Made by a program: the position numbers and the translations under genes
Shown here: one piece after another, positions 8,398 to 17,850 of the stretch
Layout: every line of letters begins with the position of its first letter
Numbering within the stretch: position 1 is the first letter of the stretch
DNA from: a virus
Reading direction: 5' to 3' (one strand)
DNA: 23,766 bases
IMG/VR virus record: IMGVR_UViG_3300026211_000001
The notes under the pieces: model-generated
Database searches by the model: none
Told to the model about the DNA's origin: nothing
What the model saw: the letters and a program-made list of their open reading frames with translations, nothing else

Positions 8398-11190
8398 TTA
8401 GAAATTTACAGTAATACCTGCATTAAAGTATCTTGGTATTCCAAGAAATACTTCTGCGTTATGAGCTGCGTGAGTTTTATCTCCGTAACTATTGTATTGA
8501 CTGTGATCTACTGCATCCTGCACATATACAGCATCTAATGCGTTAAACATATGAGCAAATGCCTGTAGATTCAACCCACCGATTTTTGGCAAATCGTATG
8601 TAGCATGTAAGTCCATCCTAGAAAATCCAGGTGCCTGCCATACTTGTTCTCTATCAGCGTCTGCGTCTGAACCATCATACTCTCTTGCATTAGGACTCCA
8701 ATCTGCATAATTGTCATCATACACATTGAACGAAGATTGCAATCTAAGTCCTTTTATTGGTGTTACTGTAACACCTACAACATAAGCTGTCTGAGGCATA
8801 TCACCTACAAACAAACCATCAAGTGCGTAAGAATATGGAGTGGTTGTCTGTCCAACAACCTGACCTTGTTCATTATACTCATCTTCCTGATAATTACCAT
8901 CTGCATCACCAACAAAAGTCCAGTTTCCAAGACTTACTGCGGCATCCAAACGAACCATATTGGTAACATTAGTAGATGCCTCTACTTCAACACCTTTATG
9001 ATTCTGGTTTATACCAGATAAGAAGATAACATCAGTATCACCTGAACTACCTTGTCCACTCGTTACAGCTTTGGTAAGGTTTCTATCTTTCCAATCTGTA
9101 TTGTATGCACTGACTTTAACTGCCAGATTTCTAGCACTGTAATTCACTCCAGCTTCTGAACTGACAAACTGTTCATTTGCCGGGTCTGAAGCAACTGTTC
9201 CATCAAAGTAAATCACGTTATCCATAATAGGTGGTTTTTCCACAATACCGAAGTTACCGAAAACACTAACGTTATCTGCAACATCATACATTGCTCCACC
9301 TTTGAACTGAGTAGTAATAATAGGATCACCGTGATCTATAACTTCATCTGCAACAGTGAAATGGTCTTGGTAAGTATAAGCAATGCTCGATACTCCACCC
9401 ATACCATATGCTGAAAGTGGACCTGAGGAATATGATCCTTGTAAGAATCCACCTAACCAATCAACTGTAGTTTCATTGTGATAAGCAATAATATCACCTA
9501 ACTCAACATTTTTACCATCAGGTGCATTATCATCAGCAAAATCCACATAGAAATCACCACCAAGTAAATCACGAACTTCACGTGCATGTTCTATACCTGC
9601 AGTACGCCAATCTATACCCGCCTGTAATTTAAGTGCATCACTTAAATCTAAGTTGAGTTTAGAAATAACACCAATCGTATTTTGACGATTAATACTGTTC
9701 CTCAAAATACCTACTGATTGACCAGATTCTCTACTAATAGCTCTCTTATCAACATATACTACTGAATCTGTGCCAGAGTTCATAGCAACAAGAGCATTCC
9801 AATCACGAGTCCAGGGACCACGACCATAATAGAACTTATAATCATCATCACCTAAGTTACCATCAGCATCTAAGGTAGGAATCCTACCATAAGTACCAGT
9901 TCCACCTCCTGAACCACCACTCCAATAAAAGACTGAACTCAGTCTTGTTTTGTCATTGATAGTTAAGAAATGGTTAAGGTTAACCAATGGTTTGTGAAAG
10001 AAGTTCTCTCTTTCATTTAGATAGTTAGGATCGTGTCTAGCAACTGTATTGGCTCCATACATATACCAATATTGTTTACCCTCATAAGACGGGTCAATTG
10101 GTGACCAGTTCTGGTTAAATGTTCGTCCAACATCTTTGAACTGACCATCTTCACCAAGAGCTGTAGCGTCATATCCTTCTACACTTTCAGCAAACTCGGC
10201 ATCGTATGCGCCAAGATTCTGTTTGTATAGATTCTGACCATGACGTTGTGGTGCACCGACTGCATATAATTCGAATCGGTTCTTTTCATTCAGTGCGTAA
10301 CTTGCACCAAAGTAATATGCCCAAGCATCTGTCCACGTCTTGTCTATGACACCATCACCTGTCTTTCTAACACCAGTAAAACTGAAAGCGAACTTGTCCG
10401 CTACCAACCCAGTGTTGTAATTGAAAGTTGATTTCAGGAATCCACCTGCTCCAACTTCCTGTTTGTATTTACCACCCTTTTCAAGAGCAGCAGGATCTGT
10501 TATGATGTTCATAGTTCCACCAATAGAAGGTGCAGCTAAATTAACAGCACTTAATCCACGTTGCATCTGGATGGATTGTGCAACATCTGCTACACCATCC
10601 CAGTTAGACCAATAGACCCAACCATTTTCCATATCATTCTGTGGAACTCCGTTAATCATTACCGCAATATTCCGTTGGTTAAACCCACGAACATTGATAC
10701 GTGCATCTCCTGCTCCACCACCCTGTTGAGTTGCATATACACTCGGAGTAAGATTAAGAGACATTGGTAAGTCTTGTGAACCAAGACGAAATTCAATCTC
10801 TTCCTTTCCTACCGTAGTATAAGCAACAGGTGTTTTTTCATCTGCCCTCGAAGCCAAAACCTCAAGTGCAGACATCTCTAATGCAGATACTGAAAGGGAG
10901 AAGTCTACGGCACTTACCGCTTTCCCCTCCGCTACATCAACCTCTACTGAAAGAGATGCATATCCAATTGAAGAAGCTGTAAGTGTATAAGAACCTGCAT
11001 CTACCTTGATAGAATAAGCACCATCTGCGTCTGCAGCGGCACCCAAATCAGTTCCTTCTACTACAACATTAGCTCCAACTAGGGGTTTACTCGTTTCTGC
11101 ATCGGTAACTGTTCCCGCAACTGATTGTCCCCAAAGAACAATCGGCATAAAAAACACCGCCAATGTAGAAATTAAGTTACGATTCTTCAT
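8398..11190 (-). CDS. TonB-dependent outer-membrane receptor with N-terminal carboxypeptidase-regulatory-like domain
   Basis: Signal peptide (MKNRNL...IVLWG/Q), GTVTDAETSKPLVGANV domain, plug motif VRGFNQRNIAVMINGVP, barrel C-terminus PRYFNAGITVNF ending in Phe. Start moved from 11226 to ATG 11190, which has AAGGAG at 11197-11202. Confidence 0.93.
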   Translation of the reverse strand: MKNRNLISTLAVFFMPIVLWGQSVAGTVTDAETSKPLVGANVVVEGTDLGAAADADGAYSIKVDAGSYTLTASSIGYASLSVEVDVAEGKAVSAVDFSLSVSALEMSALEVLASRADEKTPVAYTTVGKEEIEFRLGSQDLPMSLNLTPSVYATQQGGGAGDARINVRGFNQRNIAVMINGVPQNDMENGWVYWSNWDGVADVAQSIQMQRGLSAVNLAAPSIGGTMNIITDPAALEKGGKYKQEVGAGGFLKSTFNYNTGLVADKFAFSFTGVRKTGDGVIDKTWTDAWAYYFGASYALNEKNRFELYAVGAPQRHGQNLYKQNLGAYDAEFAESVEGYDATALGEDGQFKDVGRTFNQNWSPIDPSYEGKQYWYMYGANTVARHDPNYLNERENFFHKPLVNLNHFLTINDKTRLSSVFYWSGGSGGGTGTYGRIPTLDADGNLGDDDYKFYYGRGPWTRDWNALVAMNSGTDSVVYVDKRAISRESGQSVGILRNSINRQNTIGVISKLNLDLSDALKLQAGIDWRTAGIEHAREVRDLLGGDFYVDFADDNAPDGKNVELGDIIAYHNETTVDWLGGFLQGSYSSGPLSAYGMGGVSSIAYTYQDHFTVADEVIDHGDPIITTQFKGGAMYDVADNVSVFGNFGIVEKPPIMDNVIYFDGTVASDPANEQFVSSEAGVNYSARNLAVKVSAYNTDWKDRNLTKAVTSGQGSSGDTDVIFLSGINQNHKGVEVEASTNVTNMVRLDAAVSLGNWTFVGDADGNYQEDEYNEQGQVVGQTTTPYSYALDGLFVGDMPQTAYVVGVTVTPIKGLRLQSSFNVYDDNYADWSPNAREYDGSDADADREQVWQAPGFSRMDLHATYDLPKIGGLNLQAFAHMFNALDAVYVQDAVDHSQYNSYGDKTHAAHNAEVFLGIPRYFNAGITVNF

Positions 11191-11218
11191 AATCGTCTCC
11201 TTCATTGTTTTATTGAAA

Positions 11219-11254
11219 TGACGCATTTTTCAACAGGTGCGTCAACTGCCTGTT
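11219..11254 (-). promoter_or_regulatory. Predicted H-type RNA pseudoknot in the nrdJ / TonB receptor spacer
   Basis: Minus strand AACAGG-CAGU-UGACGCA-CCUGUU-GAAAAA-UGCGUCA: 6-bp S1 and 7-bp S2, both perfectly Watson-Crick and interleaved. Confidence 0.55.
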
Positions 11255-11269
11255 TTTCCCACGATATTT

Positions 11270-13237
11270 CTAAATTTCACATACATCATTATTACAAAAT
11301 TTTTCAACCACTGCCTCACTTCCCTTAATCTGTCTAAAAGATAAATATTTAAGTTTTGACATCATCGTGTCATATTTTTTCTTGTCCACTTCTTCATATG
11401 GCATTTGTGCATAAGCCCCTCCATTCCTTCTCGGTAATAGAGAAATCCCCTTTAATTGATACTGATAAATATCCAAAACATGAGACAAGTCTCTTTTCTC
11501 TGTTTCTGGATCAAAAGTAACAGTACAACTAACTTGATTGTCTGCCCAATACTTTTGCATAAAAGCTGCCAAACTAAATTGTTCCCATACTGATAATTCC
11601 TTAGAAGTTCTTATTCCTTTACCAACATCGACTGGAACTTCCACCACTACCGTAGTATCCTCTGAACCAAATGCTGGTTCTATCTTATATCCAGAGGCCT
11701 CAAGTGGTTTAAGTAAAGGACTGTATTTTGATAATCTTATTCGTCTAATATATAATCTACTTTCTGGATAATGTAGTCCTGGAGTAGCACCTGCTAATAG
11801 TGAAACAGTACCACTTGGTTTTACGGAAGTAGTCTTAATAGAACGGGGGGTTGCGAACCACTCACTATAAACCTTGTCCCAATCTTGAATTACATTATAT
11901 CCATCCATTAACCACGTTTTCAGTTCATCTATTCCTTTGTAAGTTATAAATTGTGCAATACCACTAACACTACAACCAATTCTACGATTTCTTAACATAA
12001 CACGATTAGTTTCTGGCCAATGAGTCTTTCCGAGTGTTACTGTCTTAGCATACAAATAGGCATATTTAAGTGTTCTTTTAAACTCTTCCAAATTTTCATG
12101 ACGAAACGGAAATGTTTCTACAAGACAACATAACTCATATGACTCTAATGTCTGTTCTAAACACGGATTGCCACCTGCTGCTCGTGTATCATAACCATTT
12201 GGTTCATCACACATTCTACCATAACTTCTCATATTTTCTAACCATGCAAACCCAGGTTCACCGTTGTCTGTAATTCTTTTACAAGACTCTGTATAATCCA
12301 TTCCAAGTTCTGCAAATACTGAATTATTAGAAGTCCAACCATATTGTTCTCTATGTGGATTCTTTTTATAGTTTTTGAGATTTAGATACTCTTCATCACT
12401 TGGATCACCAAATACAATCTCTGCTGTTCTACGAACATTGCCCGCAACTACACATTTACCTACAAGATTCATAATATCAACAATAACCGTAGAACTAATT
12501 GGAGATCCAACGTTTTCATCAAGAACCTTTCTTATACCTGTGTGTGACTCTTCTAATGGTTTGTGGCCACTTGAAAGACCACCAAAACCTTTAATTGGTT
12601 CTCCCTCTTTTCTTATTTTATTATAATTAAACTTTATAGGTGATGTTCCATGAAAATAACTCTCTAACAATAACCTTAAAGATTCTATCCAACCCTCCCG
12701 AGTGTCTGGAATTACATATAATTCTGAATTTCTATTTTTATTGGGGCCTTTAATTAGGATTTGATTTGCACCTTTTGTATCAAACCCAACTCCTACCCCC
12801 AACATTGATGCGTCCATCAAAAAACAAAATGGTTTTGCATAATCGTCTTTAATAGTAGATGTGGATACAAATGCACAATTGTTCAGTGCTGCATAAAGAC
12901 CTTTTTCTTCTGTAAGTGGAGTTCCCATTGCCCAAAGACCTCGGCCGGGTGGTAAAAACTTCATATTGAATATCTTATCATACATTTCTTGAGCTGACCG
13001 CTGTGCTTGCCAAGGATTCCAACCAAGTTGATGAGAATCAATCCAATTCATTTGCATTGAGTAAGTGCCCTCTACAACCCTTTGAACAGTTTCCCACCAT
13101 TGCTCGTTTTTTCCATCTTCCTTGATGCGAGAATAAGTTCTCATATAAACTAATTCTCCGAGTCCGTTAAATCCAAATGGGGGTCTTTTTCGCTTGTATT
13201 TATCTATGAAATTATCTGATAACTTGAATTTTTCCAT
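11270..13237 (-). CDS. nrdJ: Adenosylcobalamin-dependent (class II) ribonucleotide reductase, monomeric RTPR type
   Basis: FLPPGRGLW, NCAF, GNVRR, active-site NPCLEQ, VKPSGTVS, C-terminal Cys pair FCNNDVCEI; no class I small subunit in the window. Confidence 0.93.
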   Translation of the reverse strand: MEKFKLSDNFIDKYKRKRPPFGFNGLGELVYMRTYSRIKEDGKNEQWWETVQRVVEGTYSMQMNWIDSHQLGWNPWQAQRSAQEMYDKIFNMKFLPPGRGLWAMGTPLTEEKGLYAALNNCAFVSTSTIKDDYAKPFCFLMDASMLGVGVGFDTKGANQILIKGPNKNRNSELYVIPDTREGWIESLRLLLESYFHGTSPIKFNYNKIRKEGEPIKGFGGLSSGHKPLEESHTGIRKVLDENVGSPISSTVIVDIMNLVGKCVVAGNVRRTAEIVFGDPSDEEYLNLKNYKKNPHREQYGWTSNNSVFAELGMDYTESCKRITDNGEPGFAWLENMRSYGRMCDEPNGYDTRAAGGNPCLEQTLESYELCCLVETFPFRHENLEEFKRTLKYAYLYAKTVTLGKTHWPETNRVMLRNRRIGCSVSGIAQFITYKGIDELKTWLMDGYNVIQDWDKVYSEWFATPRSIKTTSVKPSGTVSLLAGATPGLHYPESRLYIRRIRLSKYSPLLKPLEASGYKIEPAFGSEDTTVVVEVPVDVGKGIRTSKELSVWEQFSLAAFMQKYWADNQVSCTVTFDPETEKRDLSHVLDIYQYQLKGISLLPRRNGGAYAQMPYEEVDKKKYDTMMSKLKYLSFRQIKGSEAVVEKFCNNDVCEI

Positions 13238-13295
13238 ATAAACTATCCCTCTTCAAATAAAATTAATTTTAGTACAACATTCATTCCAATACATC

Positions 13296-13320
13296 CATAA
13301 GTATAATATATATTGCATTC
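13296..13320 (-). promoter_or_regulatory. Putative promoter upstream of nrdJ
   Basis: Minus strand GAATGCAATATATATTATAC in an 85-nt spacer; shares the ATATATAT core (13306-13313). Confidence 0.35.
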
Positions 13321-13322
13321 TA

Positions 13323-14681
13323 TTACTCAAATCCATCAACTTTATTCATATCATCATATTTTTTTGATAACATTTTTCTTTCATATTCTTTTGAATTGTC
13401 CATTTTACCTTGTGCTATCTTTCCACCTTTAGTAGTCTCTTCATAAACTTGAATATTACCTATATTAGTATTAACTGTAGATGGAAATGTAATTCCATCT
13501 GGTCCAAACCGATTTTTAATCACATGAAACCTGCCTGTATTCGAAATTTTATCTTCAACTTTCCTACTCATACTCATTACAAAATCTGCAATCATAACTT
13601 TTGCGTAAGCCTCAGCAACTTTTGTTGCATCTATAATATGTTCCTCAAGTGCACTTCTGTTGGCTTGTGATGCTGTCCAAATTGGAACGTCAAACTCACC
13701 AGCCAGTCCTCTTAACTCCTCATATACATTTTCTAAAACAAATCTCCTTTCACTTCCCACTCCAACCAAAATATCTGCATAATCTACTATTACTAAATCA
13801 GGTTTAATTCCTTGTATTTCTGATTGTTTAAGATGAGATGAAAGAGTCTGAACTGAAGCTGATTTTGTTGGATAATATTTTATTAACAATTTTCCTTCCA
13901 ACTCACTTATTATTTTTTCAACTTTTTCTTTATGAAATTTTATATTAGTAGTAGTAACTCCACTAAAAACAGTATCATATCGTAATCCAACATAAGCCTG
14001 ATTCAATTCTAATGTATAATGGATTACTGACAATCCATCTCTAACTGCCCCTGCCGCAATAGACTGTAAACACCAAGTTTTACCAATTCCCGCTGGTGCA
14101 ACAATAACTCCCAATTCTCCTGTACCTAATCCACCATCCATAATTTCATTTACAACATCCCACGGCGACTTTATAGTTTCCCTTGCATTTTTAGTAAGTC
14201 TTTCTTCTATTCCAATAATATAATCGTGTCCTAAATTTCTTTCTGCACCAGATCTCATCGCGTCATCTATCAATTTTTTGATTCCATCATAATCCTTAAT
14301 TTCCAATAAGTCAACTGACTGTACAATGGCATTTTTCAAGACCTGGTTCTTACAAAAATTGAGAGTTTCTTCTTTTATGAACTCTAAGTCAGGAGATTCA
14401 ATATTTCGCCAAGCTTCCTTCAGATTTTCTACAACTCCCGCTTTCAATATATCATTTTCAATTTCATCTATCTTAACTTTCAATACTTCCAATGTAGCAT
14501 TGGTTTTATATTCCATAAAATACGAAACGATTGTATCTACTATCCATCTATTGGCATCTGACTCAAAGTATATTGGCTTTAAAATATCTAATACTGTTTG
14601 TGTAAAAACAGGATCTTCTAATAGAGAAGCTATAACTTTCATTTGAAAAGTAGGACCAAAGCTAGTTAAATTCTCACTCAT
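13323..14681 (-). CDS. gp41: Replicative helicase, DnaB / T4 gp41-like
   Basis: Walker A APAGIGKT, HYTLEL, Walker B IVDYAD, WTASQANR, KNRFG. Confidence 0.93.
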   Translation of the reverse strand: MSENLTSFGPTFQMKVIASLLEDPVFTQTVLDILKPIYFESDANRWIVDTIVSYFMEYKTNATLEVLKVKIDEIENDILKAGVVENLKEAWRNIESPDLEFIKEETLNFCKNQVLKNAIVQSVDLLEIKDYDGIKKLIDDAMRSGAERNLGHDYIIGIEERLTKNARETIKSPWDVVNEIMDGGLGTGELGVIVAPAGIGKTWCLQSIAAGAVRDGLSVIHYTLELNQAYVGLRYDTVFSGVTTTNIKFHKEKVEKIISELEGKLLIKYYPTKSASVQTLSSHLKQSEIQGIKPDLVIVDYADILVGVGSERRFVLENVYEELRGLAGEFDVPIWTASQANRSALEEHIIDATKVAEAYAKVMIADFVMSMSRKVEDKISNTGRFHVIKNRFGPDGITFPSTVNTNIGNIQVYEETTKGGKIAQGKMDNSKEYERKMLSKKYDDMNKVDGFE

Positions 14682-14690
14682 AGTATAAAT

Positions 14691-14870
14691 TTACTCTCCA
14701 TATAATTCTTTTCTATTTTTTTCCCGTGTCTCCTTCAACTTCCTCTGTCTATATCGGTCTCGGGCTTTCCTCAGAATTTTTTCTTTGTTGCGTTCATAAT
14801 GCTCCATCTGCCATCTCCTTTGAGCATCTTGTTGTTCTTCTTCTGTAAAATATTTTCGTTTTCTACCCAT
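14691..14870 (-). CDS. Small basic helical protein (59 aa), not in the ORF track
   Basis: Hand translation MGRKRKYFTEEEQQDAQRRWQMEHYERNKEKILRKARDRYRQRKLKETREKNRKELYGE*; fills the rnh-gp41 gap and its ATG overlaps the end of rnh. Confidence 0.7.
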   Translation of the reverse strand: MGRKRKYFTEEEQQDAQRRWQMEHYERNKEKILRKARDRYRQRKLKETREKNRKELYGE

Positions 14871-15894
14871 TTGTCATTTCAGCGTATCTATTCAACTGAG
14901 TCCAAGTTGTCAATAACCAACTATTAAGATTTGGAAATGTAGAAAATAATCTATCCTCGATAAACATTTTTTCAAATTGCATCTTGGCAGTTGGTGGTAT
15001 TGATTTATTAACATTTGTGCTAATTTTTAGTTTTGCATTGGCTGATATATCAACTTCTTTCAGTTGCATTAATTTATAATTTCTATTTATAACATCGTCT
15101 TCAAGTACAACCTCGTTATTTCTTGCATAATCTTTTAACTCATCTATATCTATCTCTTTGTTTTCTAAAAGAAGTGGAAATTTTTTAATAATGGTTTTTA
15201 ATCCAAATCCCTTTATCCCAGAAATATTATCCGACTTATCACCATCTAAAACTCTATACATAATAAAATTAGACGATGCAATTTCGTATTCTTCTTTTAC
15301 ACTTTCTGGAGTATATAACTTTTTCTTGGTTGGACTCCAAACTGAAACTCGATCATCAACGAGTTGTAAAAAATCTTTATCGGTAGACATTATTGTAACC
15401 TTACTCTCTGTGAGCACTTGTTCTGTAATATACGCAATAACATCGTCAGCTTCTACGCTGTCTACCGACAAGACTGTTAGAGGCAATTTTTCAAGGTATT
15501 CCACACATCTACTCAACTGCATTAACATAGAATGGCGTTCGTCTTCCATAGAACTAAAATCATATGATCTATTCAAACGAACTTTAGTTTTTCGTTTTTG
15601 CTTATATTCTGGATAAATTTTTCGGCGACGAGTAGAACCACCTTTACCGTCAAAAATAACAATACAACGGGTGGGTCCAAGCATCTTTATAGAGTAACCG
15701 ATTGATTTGAGAAAACCAACTATTCCACCAACATGAACTCCATCATCATTGGTAGTTGGTATAACACTGAATACTCGTATAAAAGTATTCAGGCCATCTA
15801 TTATCAATACCTTATCATTTGGCTTGCCTACATCTACATCGCCGCCGTGTTTCTTTATTTCTTCAAGAATAGATAAATATCGTTCATTACTCAT
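14863..15894 (-). CDS. rnh: 5'-3' exonuclease / flap nuclease, T4 RNase H-like
   Basis: IIDGLNTF, VIFDG, EADDVIA, STDKDFLQ, GDKSDNISG acidic motifs. Start moved to ATG 15894, which overlaps the uvsX stop. Confidence 0.92.
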   Translation of the reverse strand: MSNERYLSILEEIKKHGGDVDVGKPNDKVLIIDGLNTFIRVFSVIPTTNDDGVHVGGIVGFLKSIGYSIKMLGPTRCIVIFDGKGGSTRRRKIYPEYKQKRKTKVRLNRSYDFSSMEDERHSMLMQLSRCVEYLEKLPLTVLSVDSVEADDVIAYITEQVLTESKVTIMSTDKDFLQLVDDRVSVWSPTKKKLYTPESVKEEYEIASSNFIMYRVLDGDKSDNISGIKGFGLKTIIKKFPLLLENKEIDIDELKDYARNNEVVLEDDVINRNYKLMQLKEVDISANAKLKISTNVNKSIPPTAKMQFEKMFIEDRLFSTFPNLNSWLLTTWTQLNRYAEMTNG

Positions 15895-16978
15895 CAGACT
15901 CCTCTGAGATTGTAATTTCGTCAATTCCAAAGTTCTTGTCATATTTCAAAATTGCTTTGTCGCAAATCAAATCATAACAATGAGATTTAAATCCCTCGTC
16001 TTCCAGCTGTTCTGACCAATCCTTAGACTGAAACTTTAATTCTTCTCCTTCATGGTTTTCCATAGAATACCATGCTCCACTTTGTTTCACTAATTTATGG
16101 TCTTTTAACACCTGTAACCAACTTCCATCATTATCTAGTCCACTTTCAAAGTAAAGATTGAAATCGGCATGTCTCATTGGGGGTCCAAGTCTGTTCTTAA
16201 TGACCTGAGCTCTCATTTTAATACCAACTGTGTTCTTTTTAGAATCTTTGATTTGACCGAGATTTTTTAATCTGATACGAGTGGAAGCGTGAAATGGTAA
16301 TGCCTTACCACCACTTGTTGTCCAAGGATCACCAAACATTACTCCAAGTCTGGTTCTGAGTTGATTTGTAAAGATAAGGGCAACTCTCTGTTTTCCTATC
16401 ATCTGAGTAATCTTTCTCATAGCTTTACTTGTGATAATAGCTTTATCAGTCGCCCAACCTTCTTTATCAAAATCGCCGTCTAATTCACCTTTTGTAGAAG
16501 CTCCTGCTAAACTGTCAACCAAAATTGTTACAAGTCTATCTTTATCTGACTCACGAACTTTTGCAACTATTTCTACAATAGCCTCAAATACATCTTCAAC
16601 TGTTTCCAAATGAAGATACAATAAGTTCTGAATTTCGATTCCAATTGCTTCGAGAAATTCTCTACTGACGGAAGTTTCTGTGTCAATATAAACAGCAACT
16701 CCACCTTTTCTCTGTGTTTCAGCTAAAATATGAGAACCGAGCAAAGATTTACCACTTGACTCCAATCCATTGATTTCAGTAATTCGGCCAACTGCAACTC
16801 CACCGTTAGGTTTGTTTGAAATAGCCAAATCCAACACAGTAGAACCTGTAGATACAAATTCCTTAATGTCTGTTGGAGTCGGGTCTGAGCCGTCTAGAAA
16901 ATAAGCTACCTTATAATCTTTGAATTGGTTATTTAACTTTTCAGCGAGAACATCTGCCAATTCATCTCTGACTGACAT
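15887..16978 (-). CDS. uvsX: RecA / UvsX recombinase
   Basis: STGS..LD, GRITEI.GLESSGKS (Walker A), YIDTE, VDSLA, FTNQLR, GGKAL.FHAS.RI, KNRLGPP. Confidence 0.95.
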   Translation of the reverse strand: MSVRDELADVLAEKLNNQFKDYKVAYFLDGSDPTPTDIKEFVSTGSTVLDLAISNKPNGGVAVGRITEINGLESSGKSLLGSHILAETQRKGGVAVYIDTETSVSREFLEAIGIEIQNLLYLHLETVEDVFEAIVEIVAKVRESDKDRLVTILVDSLAGASTKGELDGDFDKEGWATDKAIITSKAMRKITQMIGKQRVALIFTNQLRTRLGVMFGDPWTTSGGKALPFHASTRIRLKNLGQIKDSKKNTVGIKMRAQVIKNRLGPPMRHADFNLYFESGLDNDGSWLQVLKDHKLVKQSGAWYSMENHEGEELKFQSKDWSEQLEDEGFKSHCYDLICDKAILKYDKNFGIDEITISEESDE

Positions 16979-16990
16979 ATTACACTCCCC

Positions 16991-17749
16991 CTACTTATTA
17001 AATAATTCATCAAATGCTTCAGATGCATTTGTTACAGTTGTTGTCTGTTCCAAAGTGGCTTCTGTAGCTGAATCACTTTCTTTTGTAGTTGTCTCGTCAT
17101 CAGAGGGACTTAACCAATTTTGTAAAACTTCTGCAAGTTCATCATAAGACTGTTCCTGATAGATTTCTGTGATGTTCTTTTGATTTTCAAGAATACTTTC
17201 AAATACTGCCTTATTTTCAGTTACAGGAGTTTGATTTGGTTTTACACGAATATTTGTTTTTGGAAATGAAGATCCAACTTCTTCAGCTGTCTTGAACTCT
17301 ACTACTACATCACGACCATTTACGGGATCACTAATATCACCATAATCAGGGTCTGCTATAATACTTAAAAGTTCTTGATAAACTGTCTTACCAAAACCCC
17401 AGAATTTAACACCCTCTCCTTCTTCGCTTTTTACTACAACGGGAGCAAAAGTTCTCATCTTGGCTTCTAACTTTTTACCAAGTCTCCAATCTTCCCTATT
17501 TCCGGAAGATTTTAGTTTATCTGCGAACTCTTCAATCGGGTCTGGACGACCAAAACTGATAGGTGACAAATAACTCTTTCCGCCCAAGTCATAATGAAAA
17601 AATAACTCAATGAACGGAATTGATTTATTGTACTTATAAGGTACTATCCTTATTTGAGTTTTACCAGGCTGTGGTTTCCAAAGATTTGTTGTTCTGGTGT
17701 TTGTTGTTTGAAGTTGTTCTAATTTCTTACGAATTGCATCAATATCCAT
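16991..17749 (-). CDS. gp32: Single-stranded DNA-binding protein, T4 gp32-like
   Basis: LWKP...IRIVP, GVKFWGFGK.VY, DISDP..GRD, acidic tail ending FDELFNK; AGGAG upstream. Confidence 0.88.
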   Translation of the reverse strand: MDIDAIRKKLEQLQTTNTRTTNLWKPQPGKTQIRIVPYKYNKSIPFIELFFHYDLGGKSYLSPISFGRPDPIEEFADKLKSSGNREDWRLGKKLEAKMRTFAPVVVKSEEGEGVKFWGFGKTVYQELLSIIADPDYGDISDPVNGRDVVVEFKTAEEVGSSFPKTNIRVKPNQTPVTENKAVFESILENQKNITEIYQEQSYDELAEVLQNWLSPSDDETTTKESDSATEATLEQTTTVTNASEAFDELFNK

Positions 17750-17785
17750 TTTTTATTCTCCTATACATTTCATTTATTAATTAGT

Positions 17786-17803
17786 AATGATGTAACCATC
17801 ATT
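17786..17803 (-). promoter_or_regulatory. Perfect 7-bp hairpin in the gp32 leader
   Basis: AAUGAUG-GUUA-CAUCAUU on the minus strand, followed by an AU-rich stretch and the RBS. Confidence 0.4.
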
Positions 17804-17840
17804 CTGTAATATATATCAGCCAGATTCTAAAACCATCCAA
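17804..17840 (-). promoter_or_regulatory. Putative promoter for gp32-uvsX-rnh-gp41
   Basis: Minus strand TTTTAGAATCTGGCTGATATATATTA, just after a U-tract; resembles the gp45 upstream element. Confidence 0.4.
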
Positions 17841-17850
17841 GTTTTTTTGT

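Noticed and set aside
11191-11280. Stop readthrough or frameshift fusing NrdJ to the TonB receptor through the pseudoknot
   Set aside because: Readthrough meets an in-frame UAA about 20 codons later, the receptor frame has UGA at 11230-11232, and the AAAUUUA heptamer is in the wrong phase.
13238-13322. Cobalamin riboswitch or NrdR box upstream of nrdJ
   Set aside because: The spacer is too short and AT-rich for a cobalamin riboswitch. The CAATATATAT match is a single partial NrdR-like site that also occurs before gp45, so a promoter explains it better.
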